This document shows, piece by piece, positions 39,540 to 51,590 of a DNA stretch of 64,000 nucleotides (position 1 is the stretch's first letter; the number at the start of each line of letters is the position of its first letter). A model generated the notes under the pieces. That model was not told where the DNA came from. It was given only the letters and a program-made list of their open reading frames with translations, and ran no database searches. The translations under genes and the position numbers were made by a program. The DNA is from Lingula anatina (Eukaryota; Animalia; Brachiopoda), in the NCBI GenBank assembly GCA_051362555.1, contig CM120645.1, forward strand, positions 8,184,001 to 8,248,000, read 5' to 3'.

Positions 39540-40478
39540 CTGAATGAAGAACAAGGACATTTGAGAGAAAATATCTACTGCACAATGCCTGTGAACCATA
39601 TTTTAAAGTGATACAGGTATTCTTCTACTTTGCAAAATTCTCCTCTTTGAGGCAGATGTGCATTTTATGGAAACTATGTCACGCGCAATACCACACATAA
39701 CAATAATACAGGAGAAATGTGACAGAGAGCCCCCCCCCCCCCCCCCCCCATTAAGAGTCAGTTTCTCATTCATTTGTATAGGTAAGCCTCGCCCTGGATT
39801 TTGACCAACTTAGTCAGGCTAACCCTAACCATTATAACTATATGGAGGGCGGACTTTCTGTTACACGGACCCTCAGTTTCGTTACAGCGGCACACGCTTT
39901 GGATATCTTTTTATATCGGACATGTTGATGAAAGTGTGATTGCAATCTCAATAAAACTTATCCGTGAAAACTTTCCATTAGCCTTAAACGCACTTTTCTT
40001 TTTTGTGTCAAATCCAAGGACATTTGAGTGAAAGATGAACCCCTCCTCCAGGGATAATACTCATCTCCTCTCCTCCGTTCGATTCTGAAAAGACGTTTAA
40101 CACAAAGACTGGAGATGGAACTGGCATTATAACTGACAAAACATTCCATATACATTCCATGTAAATAGATCAGAATTGATATTAAGGCAAATTTCCAATA
40201 TATTTTATTTAGCACTGACTTCCATATCCTATCGGAATCTGAAATGTACTACAACATGTATGGCATGACCCGTCAATCTTGATTAGTCCATCATACGTAG
40301 CGATGAGGACAGATCGGGGCAAGCTTGTTTGTTTTCAGACATCCATCTTGCCCTACTTAATTGTTCATTACGACAATAAGTGGAATTTTGAATTTGAAGC
40401 AGCTAGCTTGTCCACAGTGCTTCTGACACCTCAACTGCGATTCAAATCCAAGCTTATATCCATAATTCTGACCGCATT

Positions 40479-42356
40479 TCATTCAGTAGCTTGTTGCAGT
40501 GTGCTTGGTCCGCGATCTTTGCTCTCTTCGCTCTGAGCGACTGAACCCTCGTCCTCTGTTGTTGTGACCGTCACTGGCTCTGGTAATGGAGGTTCTGGGT
40601 CTGCTATAGTGCCGTGTTGGGCCACGGGCGTGTTTATTGGCCAGTTTATAAAATCCTTTGACTTCTGGTATTCTTGGATGCGATCCAAACTCTAAATAAA
40701 AATGTTAAATTAATCTTTAACAATTATCATCGGTGCGCATTTATAACCGTATTTATATGTTAAATAACAGAGTCGGAATAGTAGCAACATGGAATTCTAT
40801 GGTTTTTAGTGTCTTGTGTGGCGTCAGAACTACATAAGGATTTTTCTCGCTGGCGCTTGTATGGAAGTGTAAACCCTACACCCAGCGTATATTAAAAACC
40901 TCTGTCTTAAAATCCCCTACAAACTGGACGGCGTCCTTTCTGTGTCCTTTGTGCGACCAAGAAACTGGCAACGCTGTGGTCGTAGAAAGGAGACACAAAC
41001 ATCGCTTTGGGTGCAGAATGAATGCTCAATTGCCAGCACGATATGTTTTTTTTTACTATCAAACGGTGCCGTATTACGGGGCACAGAGAGGACGCCGTCC
41101 AGTGTAAAGGGGGTTCAAGGATAAGACTAAAAATTCCTTCAGTGTGTGAAAAAAACGCTGTTTTATCTGTTGTCCAATGAAATATTTTACGACATAAAAA
41201 TGCATAAACGTACTTCAAATCTCTTCACAAATTCTGCTAAATTTTTGTACTTGTCTAAGCACTCGGACTGCAGGATCAGGTGCTCTTCAAGGTACTCATA
41301 CATCAGAAAGTCCGCAATTGATATCTGAAAATAGTCCAATGATATCCATTTTCAACAAAATTTGCCGTGAGATCATCCTATTCTTAATCGCTATGAACAG
41401 AATAATACATCTCTGCTTCAGCACAACTTGTCCTTTTATTGCGTTCTTCTCAAAGTTACCAAAGTAATTTCACTATTTTGAATACATTTCCGTGATATTT
41501 CATTTAGTACATGCCAATAGTCCCACTGCCAATAGATTAATGCTTTACGAATACAGTATTCGATAGTATATAATATCATTAACAGTAGTCATATCTTCGA
41601 CAGAGTGATCTTTGAATATTCATGATTATTAGTTGAATATATAATCACATATACAGAAGATCTGATATTGGGATTCATTTATTTATGTCCAAAGGAGAGA
41701 AAGTAAAGATTTCCTTTACTCTACCTCGTTTCCGGCAAACCAGGGAAGATCGCCCAGAAACTCGGAAAACTCCTCCAGTTTTGTTGGAAGCACAGCCAAG
41801 TATCCAATCTTTAAATCCTCCTGAAATGCACATACATGTACTTTAGATTAAGTACAGATGTTATGACCCCATAGGTTGGGGTGCGGGGAGGAGTCATACA
41901 CCTCATAATTGAACTTACAACATTGTGCATTTTGGGGGCGCTTTTCCTGTTTCTTGTTTTATAAAACTAAAGGGGACTGCTTTAAGAGTAATATTGGCAC
42001 TGACATCAACCCCCAAAACACAAGCAACTTGGATACTTATGAGAAATGTCGACCAACTAAGAGCCAATGAAATTTCAATCTATGTCGAGATATTTCTAAG
42101 GGTGTTTCCCACGAAAGAGAAAAAATAATTACAGTTTGTTATGTTATTTTGATGAGCAATTTCTCTTTCTAAAAAGCTTCTCACATAGCTGGAAATAAGA
42201 TTATACATAATTTCATTTTTCTAATATGTACTTACGAATTCCTCCTTGCTCTCGGCATAAACCAGCCTGGCGTACCCCATCTTAAAGTCAGTAGCCTGGG
42301 CTTGAATGAGATCAACACGTGTCTTTTCTTGTTCCGTTTTGCCACCTGGAATATGG

Positions 42357-42396
<40 letters not shown>

Positions 42397-45300
42397 GTGC
42401 ATACTTAATGTATGAAACATATGAAATGATTTCGCAGGAAATTCTGTTATCAGTTTTTGATACACTGTAACTGATTTTTGTCCTTTTTGTGTTTTTCTCA
42501 AATTCTTCAGATTAAAATAATAAAGAAAAATTCAGTCCAAACGAGTGATTTAAGCATTGCTATCCATGTAATACATACACAGTCCATATTTTCGTCCTAT
42601 GTATCGCAAGATGGCGCTGCTTTGGGTCAGCTTGACGTCACCATCCAAGTAATAAGGTAGCTGGTTAAAAAAAGAAGCGGAAGATTGACTGTTATGTTGT
42701 GCTTTACAAGATAAACGCCATAACATCAACTCGACCTAGTTTATTGATGTTATTGATTATTTATTATTTCTGAGACAAAAAATCTTAAAATATACAGAAA
42801 TACTCCACAGACAATATTGGCGGGAAACCCCTCATGATTTTCGGTTCGATATTATGACGTCATAGATCCTCGCCATGCGTTTCGTGAGGCCAATATGACG
42901 TCAGATAGTAACGGCAGAGTTTCAAGATTTTGCGCAAGCAAAAGCAAGCAATTTGTGATAGTTTCTAATTTTATTTGAAATGATTATCATCTCGCATCTA
43001 GCGTTCCTGGGTGTGAGACATAGTTACGAATACATCAAGCTCAGAGCCCTGGAATATAAGGTAAATAATCATGTAGATCTGTATTAAAATTTTAGGAGAA
43101 AGTTTTTTCGTTTATAGAATTCTAGGATCTAAGCCTACATGTCCTCTTCGTTAGGTTTATAATTTTTGCCAGCGGGTTACAACCGATGACGCCGGCTTTT
43201 GAAGTATATACTCCATGCGTTTAGAAGAAGGAGATTTACAGTTATGTTAGATCTGAGAATGTCAGACAGATATTTACCTGGTTTTTGGCGAAAATAACGA
43301 AGTGTTACTTAAAACAAATGAAAAATAGGCCTACCTTGAAATATCTACCACATATGAGTTTTCTTATTTTCAGATCCGAAAGCTTTACTTGGCTGAATTT
43401 CCAGCACAGCAAATCCTCGGATCTGGGAGTTACGGGAAAGTATATCAGGTTTGAAATTATTTCCTATGTATATCTGCTTGGATTTTGTAACGGCCAATAT
43501 TAAATGGAAAAATTGGTTTAACTAAAATTGTTTTTGATAATTTTCATTTTTGGAGTACTTTATATTACTGAATGGAGTCACCCTGGGTTTAGATCTAGAA
43601 CTGACTCTTTCTCTCAGCAGACGGTTTCCATCCCCACATCCGAGACTCTGGTTGTGAGATGGCGGCCATGTTATTTTTAGATATGAAAAAATACATATAA
43701 GAATTGAAGTACTTTTGTAAATTTATTGATTTGCCCTTACCTGGTGGACGGACAGTGTTTTTGTTACATATCTTGTTTTTATTTCACTTTTAGTTTTCAA
43801 ACGACTGGGCATTAAAAGTGCCGGTAGACATCGACAGGGCTCAAGCATTTGAAAAGGAGATCGATCTTCTTAAAGAACTCAAAAATGATTTCATTTTGCG
43901 GTAACTATTTATTTATTTACTTGTTTATTTATTTATTTATTTATTTTTTGCTTATTCGTATAAATAAGTTATTTATTACTTTGATTCTTCTTACGCCAAA
44001 TTACGTTTGCCTCTTGATGTATTTTTTTAAATTTCATTCCTTCATTTTCCTATATTTTATTCATGAATATTCATGTACATGTTAAGTGTCCAACCTTGAA
44101 TGATGGAAGTCGCCGTCTTTCATCATCAGTCATTATTTCATATTCATGCTATCTTTTCATTGCTATTTTAGTTTGCATCATTCATTTGAAGTAAAGCCTG
44201 GGTTACCTGTCGTCTTGACAGAACTTTGCCCGCTTGACTTGCAGCGTGTAACCGATTATCAGTACGTTTTATTCATTGATTATTTTTTATTTTTAATTTC
44301 CTGCTTGTATTTTAAAAAACATACGGATTCGTTTTAACTGTATTTGACTTTTTATGTCCAATTTCAAATTTTCGTCCTTCCGTGCTGGTTTCATGCGGAT
44401 GTTGGTTATTTCTATAAAAAAAAACTACTTATTTTTCATTCATTATTCTAATTCATTTTGTACATAGACCATGTTTCTGACTCCCGTTTAAAATACTGTA
44501 ATGATACCAGATTAATCCATCATTTTAAAATCACACAGAAGATAAGATATAAAAGAAATACGAATCGGCTGTCTATTTTTCTTTTCATTTTTCGTTCCTA
44601 TTTTTCAGCGGCATCCTAGAGCCAAGGGCTGTCAAGTTCATTACTGTGTCAGTTTGTATAGCCCTGCAGTTCATGAGGAATAAAAAACTTATTCACTTTG
44701 ACATTAAGCTGAATAACATCCTAATAAACCGGAATGGCATCCCAAAAGTGGTGAGCTACAGTAATATCAGTAAAAGCGCAAAATTTTAAGTTTCACGCTT
44801 CACAAATTAAAGAGACAAGTTTCAGAAATGCAGCGCAAAATAACGTTTTAAAACGGTAACTGCATACCAAGGTACGCGCAGTGTGGTGAATCTAAAAAAG
44901 TGACAGCAATTCATCAAATGAAGGACTGCCAACGATATACTTTGATGCGGATTCTAAGCATTTTTACTTAACGACTTTCCATTTATATTTGTGTTGCAAA
45001 GTGAAACAAACATGATCATTGCATACATCGTAGACCATGCACGTTAGTACTTGTGCAGTGGTTTTATTCATTCGTCCATGTTCATATATCATTTTTATTC
45101 ACTTTACTTTCCAGTGTGATTTGGGGTCCGCCCACCGCAGTGACGAGAGCGGAGAGAGTAGCTGGGGACCGGGGATGGTAGCTTACACCATCACCAAGAA
45201 CCTCGCCCCGGAAATTCTAATGCGCACTTCCGCTTCCGTTCAGGCGGATTATTTTGCTCTCGGCGTGATGATCTTCGAGTTGTACACTGGCAGGTGAATA

Positions 45301-48300
45301 ATAATAATAATAATATAATCGCAGTAATTAAAAAAATAATCACTAAAACTTTGTAAATTTGGAATATTATTATGTTGTCCATGGTTATGAAAATTTTAAA
45401 TATATCTTTCCTCATTCCCCCTTTGTAGAATTAGTTTGTTATTTTTTGTCTATAAATAAGTAAATAATACCTATTTCACCTGAATTTCAATCTTAACATG
45501 GGTAAATGTTTTACATTTTAGTCCAAAATTCACCAATTGATTTTGGAGCAACATTTATTTAGAGTTCAGACAAGCAGTGCAAAAGAATTCTCTTGCAGTA
45601 GGCCGAATGAACTGTTATTTTGTATAAGTGAAATTTTATTTGGTTAAATCTAAATCGTTATTCAAAAATGAAGAGTGTCCAATTTTTATAACGCCAATTT
45701 CTCTCTCCAGACATCCTCTATGGTACAACGAGCCACACGGCAGAGCAGCCATCAAAGTGAAAATCCTGGCTGGAAATATCCTCCATGCCGACTATGCAGA
45801 ACCGACATTCCGGGAGTTTGCTGAAAACTTGATCTGGTAAGCCGCTTTCTTCTTTATTTCCCTTTTATCTAATCATCTATCTGACCATTAATTAATGCAT
45901 CCCGAAGATATACACACACAAACTGATTATACAGCAATAGCTTCATATTTGATTATGCAGAAATTTTATAATCGATAGGTGTTTTTTTTTCAGAGACAAA
46001 TACATGTACTTTTATCGATCAAATTTAAACAAGCTAGTACATATGAAATATTTTAATTGCAATTTTTATCATTCTCATATTTCCAGTGATAAAGTCAACA
46101 GAGTTCAGGACGTGAAGGACATATTGCGCCTTCGGTAAGACTTCATTTGTTTGAAGAATTTAGTTCAATGTTTTAGTTGATATTTTTTCTCTCTCCTATT
46201 TTCTTTTTCATTTGTCTCGACCCATTCTGTTCAGTCTTTGTTCACTTACGTTTAATCTGACCTCTGTTCAGCTTTATTTATCTATTTATTTATTTGTTTG
46301 TTTGCTTTTATTCTCAGTTGGCTTGCTGATTATCACACTAATGTGTTCCCCATGGACTGCAAGTCCTCCCCTCTTCTTGCTTTTGTGCAGGTACTGACTT
46401 CCTTTTTTCAATTCATGTACTTTTCTTTTAATTCTTTAACTTTTTTCTTTTCCTTTTTTTTCATTATTTGATGATTATTTTTCCGTGTCTGGGCGCACAT
46501 TTCACAAACGAAAATCTCGTGTTCAATTTTCCTTTGATCCGGTTATATCAGTATAGATTGTTCGCAGGTTTTGGAGTATGTGCCGTTACCAGCGACTAAG
46601 GCATTCTGGCTATATAAAACTTCTAGTAATTCACGCATGGCACGTGTCAACATGTCTTATTACTCCGTAGGGCTGTAAATTAAAATTTCTGTACAAAAAC
46701 AAACGTTTGCAGTGATCTATGTAAAAATTATCAACTTTACACAGAAACATCTGGTCGTTGTCTCGTATGTCAGATTTTTTCATTCATGGTATTTTTCCGT
46801 TTTTTTTCTCTCTTCAAGGAATCTGTCCTGAAGGACATGGAGAGGGTAAGGTGCCTCCAAGATGCGGCGCACCGCCAAACTCACATTACCACAGAGGAGG
46901 CAGCGCACGCCGCAACTCCCGGCACTGGCGAAAGTAACTGTGATCTTGTGCCTTGGGACATGCCAGACGACGAGGCGGCAGACGACAACGGGCTGCTTCA
47001 GTGGGACGTCCCCAGTGAGGACGTGGAAGATGGCGGCATGATGGCCGAGGAGATGCTCGAAAATGCGGAAGATGGCAAGTTGGCATTGAACATGCCCAGA
47101 GATGAGATCGAGGCCGAGAAAGACATGCCCGAGTGGGACGCTCCTGTGGGGGATTTCGACTTTGATTTCACCTTTGAAGAGGATTGAACACTTTTCAATA
47201 GTCTTTTCAACAACAGACATTCCCGAAATCCCTTCGGTATAATAACTCATTTCCTCACTCTCCCACAAACTGTATATTATTATGGCTGCTTTAGTAGACA
47301 ATTAAACATCTCTAAAAATTCAGAAACTGGATTTAACATATGGTACAAATTTCTTTAACTTTAAAAGTGAATTTTAACTGTGTAAATATTCAAGTTAACA
47401 TTTTTCATACAGGCTTATAATTCTCTTCAGTATCTAATTCTCGCTATTAAAACGGAAAATACATATTTTTTTTTATTTATGTATTTATTTGTTCGTTTAT
47501 TATTATTGTTTATGATAACGGACAGTCCATCAGATTTTCGATGGTTTTAATTCATAATCAAATGCTTTTTGCTAGTCATCTAATCTGTTTACCCGAGTGG
47601 ATGGAGTTGTAGCCAAATGGTTTAATTCTGCAGGATCTAGATCTTGACAACATCAAATTCAGCCATTAGCAAAATGGACAGGAAAAATTCGACTCACCGG
47701 GAATATCCCGAAAAAAAAAACTTCAATTACGCCGTTTTACGGTAAATACATCTGCTTTAATCCCAAGTGTCACGCTGGTTCAGTGGTTAGTTTCCAGTGA
47801 ATTCGGAATCACGAGGTGTATTGAGAGGCACCTGAGACTGTGTCATAAAGAACTTTACTCCAAAATATTGGTCTAGCTAAACTTTCAGATCAAACATGTG
47901 GTCTGCTTCAGTGCCAGATAAATACTGTTCATTTCTTTCCATATCGGACGGCACTATGGTATAAAGCTAAAATGATGGGGCAAGTCCATATTATGCAAAT
48001 ATTACACAAAATATGTGAAACTCTCTGACAATATTTTTTTGTTCCATTTTTTTTTTTTTTTTTTTTTTTTGAATAATTATTATAAAGACTTTATATTCAC
48101 AACTCACGTTAGGGAAAGCCAGCCCTAGGCTGTGTTTGTGAAGATACCATATCTCACGGTCATAAGAAGGCTCTGGAAAGGAAAAAATAGTGTTATCACA
48201 CATACAGGATCATTAAAATTGATACTCACAGCTACTAAAATCCGAAAGCTTCACAGAGAGCGCATGGTAATAGGGCACCGAAGTTTAGTTTGCATGTGCG

Positions 48301-51300
48301 CGACAATACCGCAAATATTGCGACGTTATTGCGCAGCGAACCCACTTCAGAGGACAGACTCGCCATTTTGAAAGGGATAACAACTGTTCATTTTGGCAAA
48401 AAATGAATTTTCCTGGGGTAAACATCAATTTTCCCATACTAACCAATGGTTAGTGAATCCATTTCTACATTCAAAGTCAGTCCCTGTTTTTTTTTCTTTT
48501 TTTTTCTAGAAAGATTTTTTGTAATAATCTCTTAAGAGATTATTACAGAGCATAGCCATCTATGAAGGCCACATGGTCCGAAGACAAGCACAGATTTCAG
48601 AATGATTGCTTTAACTGCCATTTTTGTGGTAAAATAGAATATATTATATTTCTATGAGTTGTTTACAATGTTTTTATTGTGAAATGTAGATCTCACATGA
48701 AGAGTTGTTCTCCCTTTAATGTTTGCAAGTACGTTATTATGATCGTCAAACCCACCGACGGGCTGAGGCAATGCCATAAATACTGAAGAGGCGAAGGCTA
48801 CGATGGGGACGTCAGCGACTTAAGGTGACACCTTCAAATGACTGGTGCTAACACAGAGGCACATCCGGAGGTAGGACCGCTGCGAGACAAAACGCGTCTC
48901 ATTACTCTTCATCCTTCAACTCTAACACACGTCAGGTCAGTGCAAGTGAATAACGAAGTCTGCAGGGAGAGTCGACACTTTGCTATAACTTTGGAATAAC
49001 TTAATAGCAGTTAAAAACGGGTGCACTTTACACACCGGTATCTCCTCACGAAAACCATTCTGCTAATACTAAATGAAAAGTTTGAGTCAGCAAATAGTTT
49101 GCAGGGTGAACTGGATATACAAGTAAATGATGTTTAAGTCTTATTTTCCCCACTTTTTCTGCCAGCCAATATTAGCTGCACACGCTATATCTGTTTGCAA
49201 AGAGTTCACCAACTTTTTGTATTAAAAAACCAAATTAAAGGCTGCTCACTGTAAGTGCCCTAGCGTACAACATATACAGATAATATTAACCCAGTCTTTT
49301 ACTAGTATTTTTGGACGTTTTAGGAAATAAGCCCCGCCTAAAAGCTGTAAATACGACATACGTATGTCACAAATATCGCTTTTTTAAGTAAAAGCAATCA
49401 GTGTACGTTGGACTGTGCTTTACACATATATATTACTACTGTATGCAGCTGCAGTTCTGCCGTTGTACACGTATATTAGGTTGTCTCACTCAGGAGATTC
49501 AGACCATTCGGATAACATCGGATGATTTTGTGTTTGTGACGTCAAACTATCCCAGTAAATACTAATTAAGCTATATCGATATACCCATCACAACTAAACT
49601 TGTTGCTGTATTAATTATGATTCTGATCATTAAGGTTCTAAAATGTTTCTTGTTCGGCTATGAATCTCATGTGCCAAAAATCTGCTTTTCCGCCCAGATG
49701 GGTTTGGACTAGCTAGAGAAGTACTCACAGAGAAGAGGCAAATAGATTTTGCCATCACTTAAATTTTTAAATAGAAAAAAAAACAAAGGTTTATTTTTTA
49801 TCTAAAGTAGTTTGTAACTACAAATGAAAGAGAAAAATTTCAAGCAAAAAAGGAATTCCACAACTACAAATGTGTAGCCACCATTTCTCCTAGTGATCCA
49901 ATGACGCATTCTACTTAGATTCCCCTTCAATTCGCGCATAACCTTGAAACGAATGATTTCAATTAATATCAAAAATTTTTATTAAACTTTTTATTAAACT
50001 TAAAAATGGTATTAAACAAGCTGGATGCCTGGTCTACACTCATGTCAGCTTATACAGTTATATAAAGTTAGCCTGTCTTAATAAATATATATAATAATTA
50101 CTGCGACACCTCCGAGTTCAAATTTGTCGGAATCTTGGGATTGTGATCGAATTAACACGGACGTTACCATACGTTCAGGTCGGTTATATGGATCATTTTA
50201 ACCCGCACTTCAGCTTAGCTTTCAATAAAAAAAGCTAAACGCCAGTTTATAGCTTTGTGACTATCGACCTCTTTACATAATGGTAGTGTATCAACTTCAC
50301 ACATCACTGACGGATACAGGATTTTGCCTTGGAGTGGAGTGGTGGGGGGGGGGGGGGGGGGGGAGAAAATAAAAATACGTAATTATATTTATAGACGAGG
50401 ACACTTTTATCATAGGTCTATATGGGAAAGTTGAAACTCGTTCGCTCAGGTAAATGTATATGAAAACCCGTACCGTGATTTGAATTTCGAAGGTCGTTCA
50501 GCGTGACTTATTGCTGATTACTTTCGCATAAAAGATACGTGAAGGATAGCTTCAGTCCGTAATTTGATACGTTTTGTAAGATACTAATGCGTCGAGCAAA
50601 TTGCAATGAATATAAAGTAGAAATGAGAGAGAGAGAGAGAGAGAGAGAGATGGGGAGGGTAGACAAACTATTACCTGGTCCAAAATCGTAAAGTTTTTCC
50701 TCATAATCCTCTCCCACGTATTGTAACAGCAGTCTGATGGGTTGGGCCAACTGAAACGTTATTTTCAAGAACAGTGAGCGACAGAGGCAGTATAATCAAA
50801 GGGCAATGGAGTGCTTTTCCTTTTCTGACACGATTTCTTCAAGAAACCATTACTGTAGGCAACTGCGATATGGGTTGTTATAATGCTGGTGAGCTAACTC
50901 TGATAATGATAATAATGACAAAGAGATGTAGACTAGAAAAAAGTGAAAAAACTGCGATATGGGTTGTTTTAATGCTGGTAAGCTAACTCTGATAATAATA
51001 ATGACAAGCAGACGTAGACTAGAAAAAAGTGAAACGGTTCATAAACTGAGAAGTATATTCAAGATGGTTGAAACTTGGGCCCTTTAAGCAATGAGCGGTA
51101 CAATTTTCTTTATCGCACTAGTCTGAAAGATTGACGACTTCAACTTGGCTATTACGTAAGAGAGTCACCTAGACTGAGCCCCCCTCCCCCTCCGTGCTCG
51201 ACATGACCAGTTAAACGGGTGCGTTTTGATTGGAGTATTGGGGCTTGTGAAATGTAGTAAAACCCCTGGCATCGAAATTGCACGTAAGGGCCGGTCAAAC

Positions 51301-51590
51301 TGGGACGATACAGAAAACTGTACCGCTCAGTGAAAAGGAACATGGAGAGTGAACAATACTGACAACATTACATTGCTCAAAATCAATTACAAATATGAGC
51401 CTGAAAGCATTCCTTGTCATGTTATTAACAACGTGCTACGTCATGCTTAACCAAGCGAAGACGTTGAAGATGCATTTTATTTTAATTAAAATAGCCAAAC
51501 CCGAGTAGAAGAATACAATGTACTTGCAAAACTGACAACTATCATACCTACCCCCCGGATTCTCCAATATCCCAGTGTCGATGGGGCCAT
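40479..51590 (-). CDS. GSTM: Mu-class glutathione S-transferase, 8 exons, ~263 aa with acidic C-terminal extension
   Basis: Exons 51590-51552 ([13 protein letters not shown]), 50750-50675 ([25 protein letters not shown]), 48172-48108 ([22 protein letters not shown], Mu loop), 42660-42579 ([27 protein letters not shown]), 42345-42236, 41820-41725 (..[15 protein letters not shown]), 41324-41214 ([16 protein letters not shown]) and 40691-40479. Intron positions match the vertebrate GSTM layout. Confidence 0.95.
42633..42903 (+). promoter_or_regulatory. Putative promoter of the nested kinase: three perfect CRE palindromes and an E2F-like site
   Basis: TGACGTCA at 42633-42640 (inside GST exon 4), 42855-42862 and 42896-42903; TTGGCGGGAAA at ~42817-42827; all within 350 bp upstream of ATG 42980. 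Confidence 0.5.
42980..47187 (+). CDS. Divergent non-RD Ser/Thr protein kinase, 10 exons, ~429 aa, nested antisense in GST intron 3
   Basis: Exons 42980-43060, 43374-43448 ([12 protein letters not shown]), 43794-43900 ([15 protein letters not shown]), 44172-44261 (LTELCPLDL), 44609-44750 ([13 protein letters not shown]), 45115-45293 ([28 protein letters not shown]), 45711-45836, 46087-46134 (NRVQ), 46318-46390 (WL) and 46819-47187 (acidic tail). All are GT-AG and phase-compatible with no internal stop; the first and last exon joins are the least certain. Confidence 0.85.
50862..51034. repeat. ~88-bp tandem duplication (2 copies) in GST intron 1
   Basis: ACTGCGATATGGGTTGTT..ATGCTGGT.AGCTAACTCTGATAAT..GTAGACTAGAAAAAAGTGAAA occurs twice in tandem. 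Confidence 0.9.

Noticed and set aside
46568-46677. Extra kinase exon after acceptor ttcgcag
   Set aside because: No clear in-phase GT donor, and read-through ends in a stop; it could be an alternative terminal exon but is unsupported.
47770-47820. tRNA or tRNA-SINE head (GCTGGTTCAGTGGTTAG)
   Set aside because: Only an A-box-like stretch; no proper B box or cloverleaf.
42661-48107. Transposon termini around the nested kinase
   Set aside because: I could not find matching terminal inverted repeats or a target-site duplication by eye, so a mobile origin is unproven.
48780-48810. Hammerhead ribozyme core (CTGAAGAG)
   Set aside because: No stem II followed by GAAA and no cleavage-site helix.
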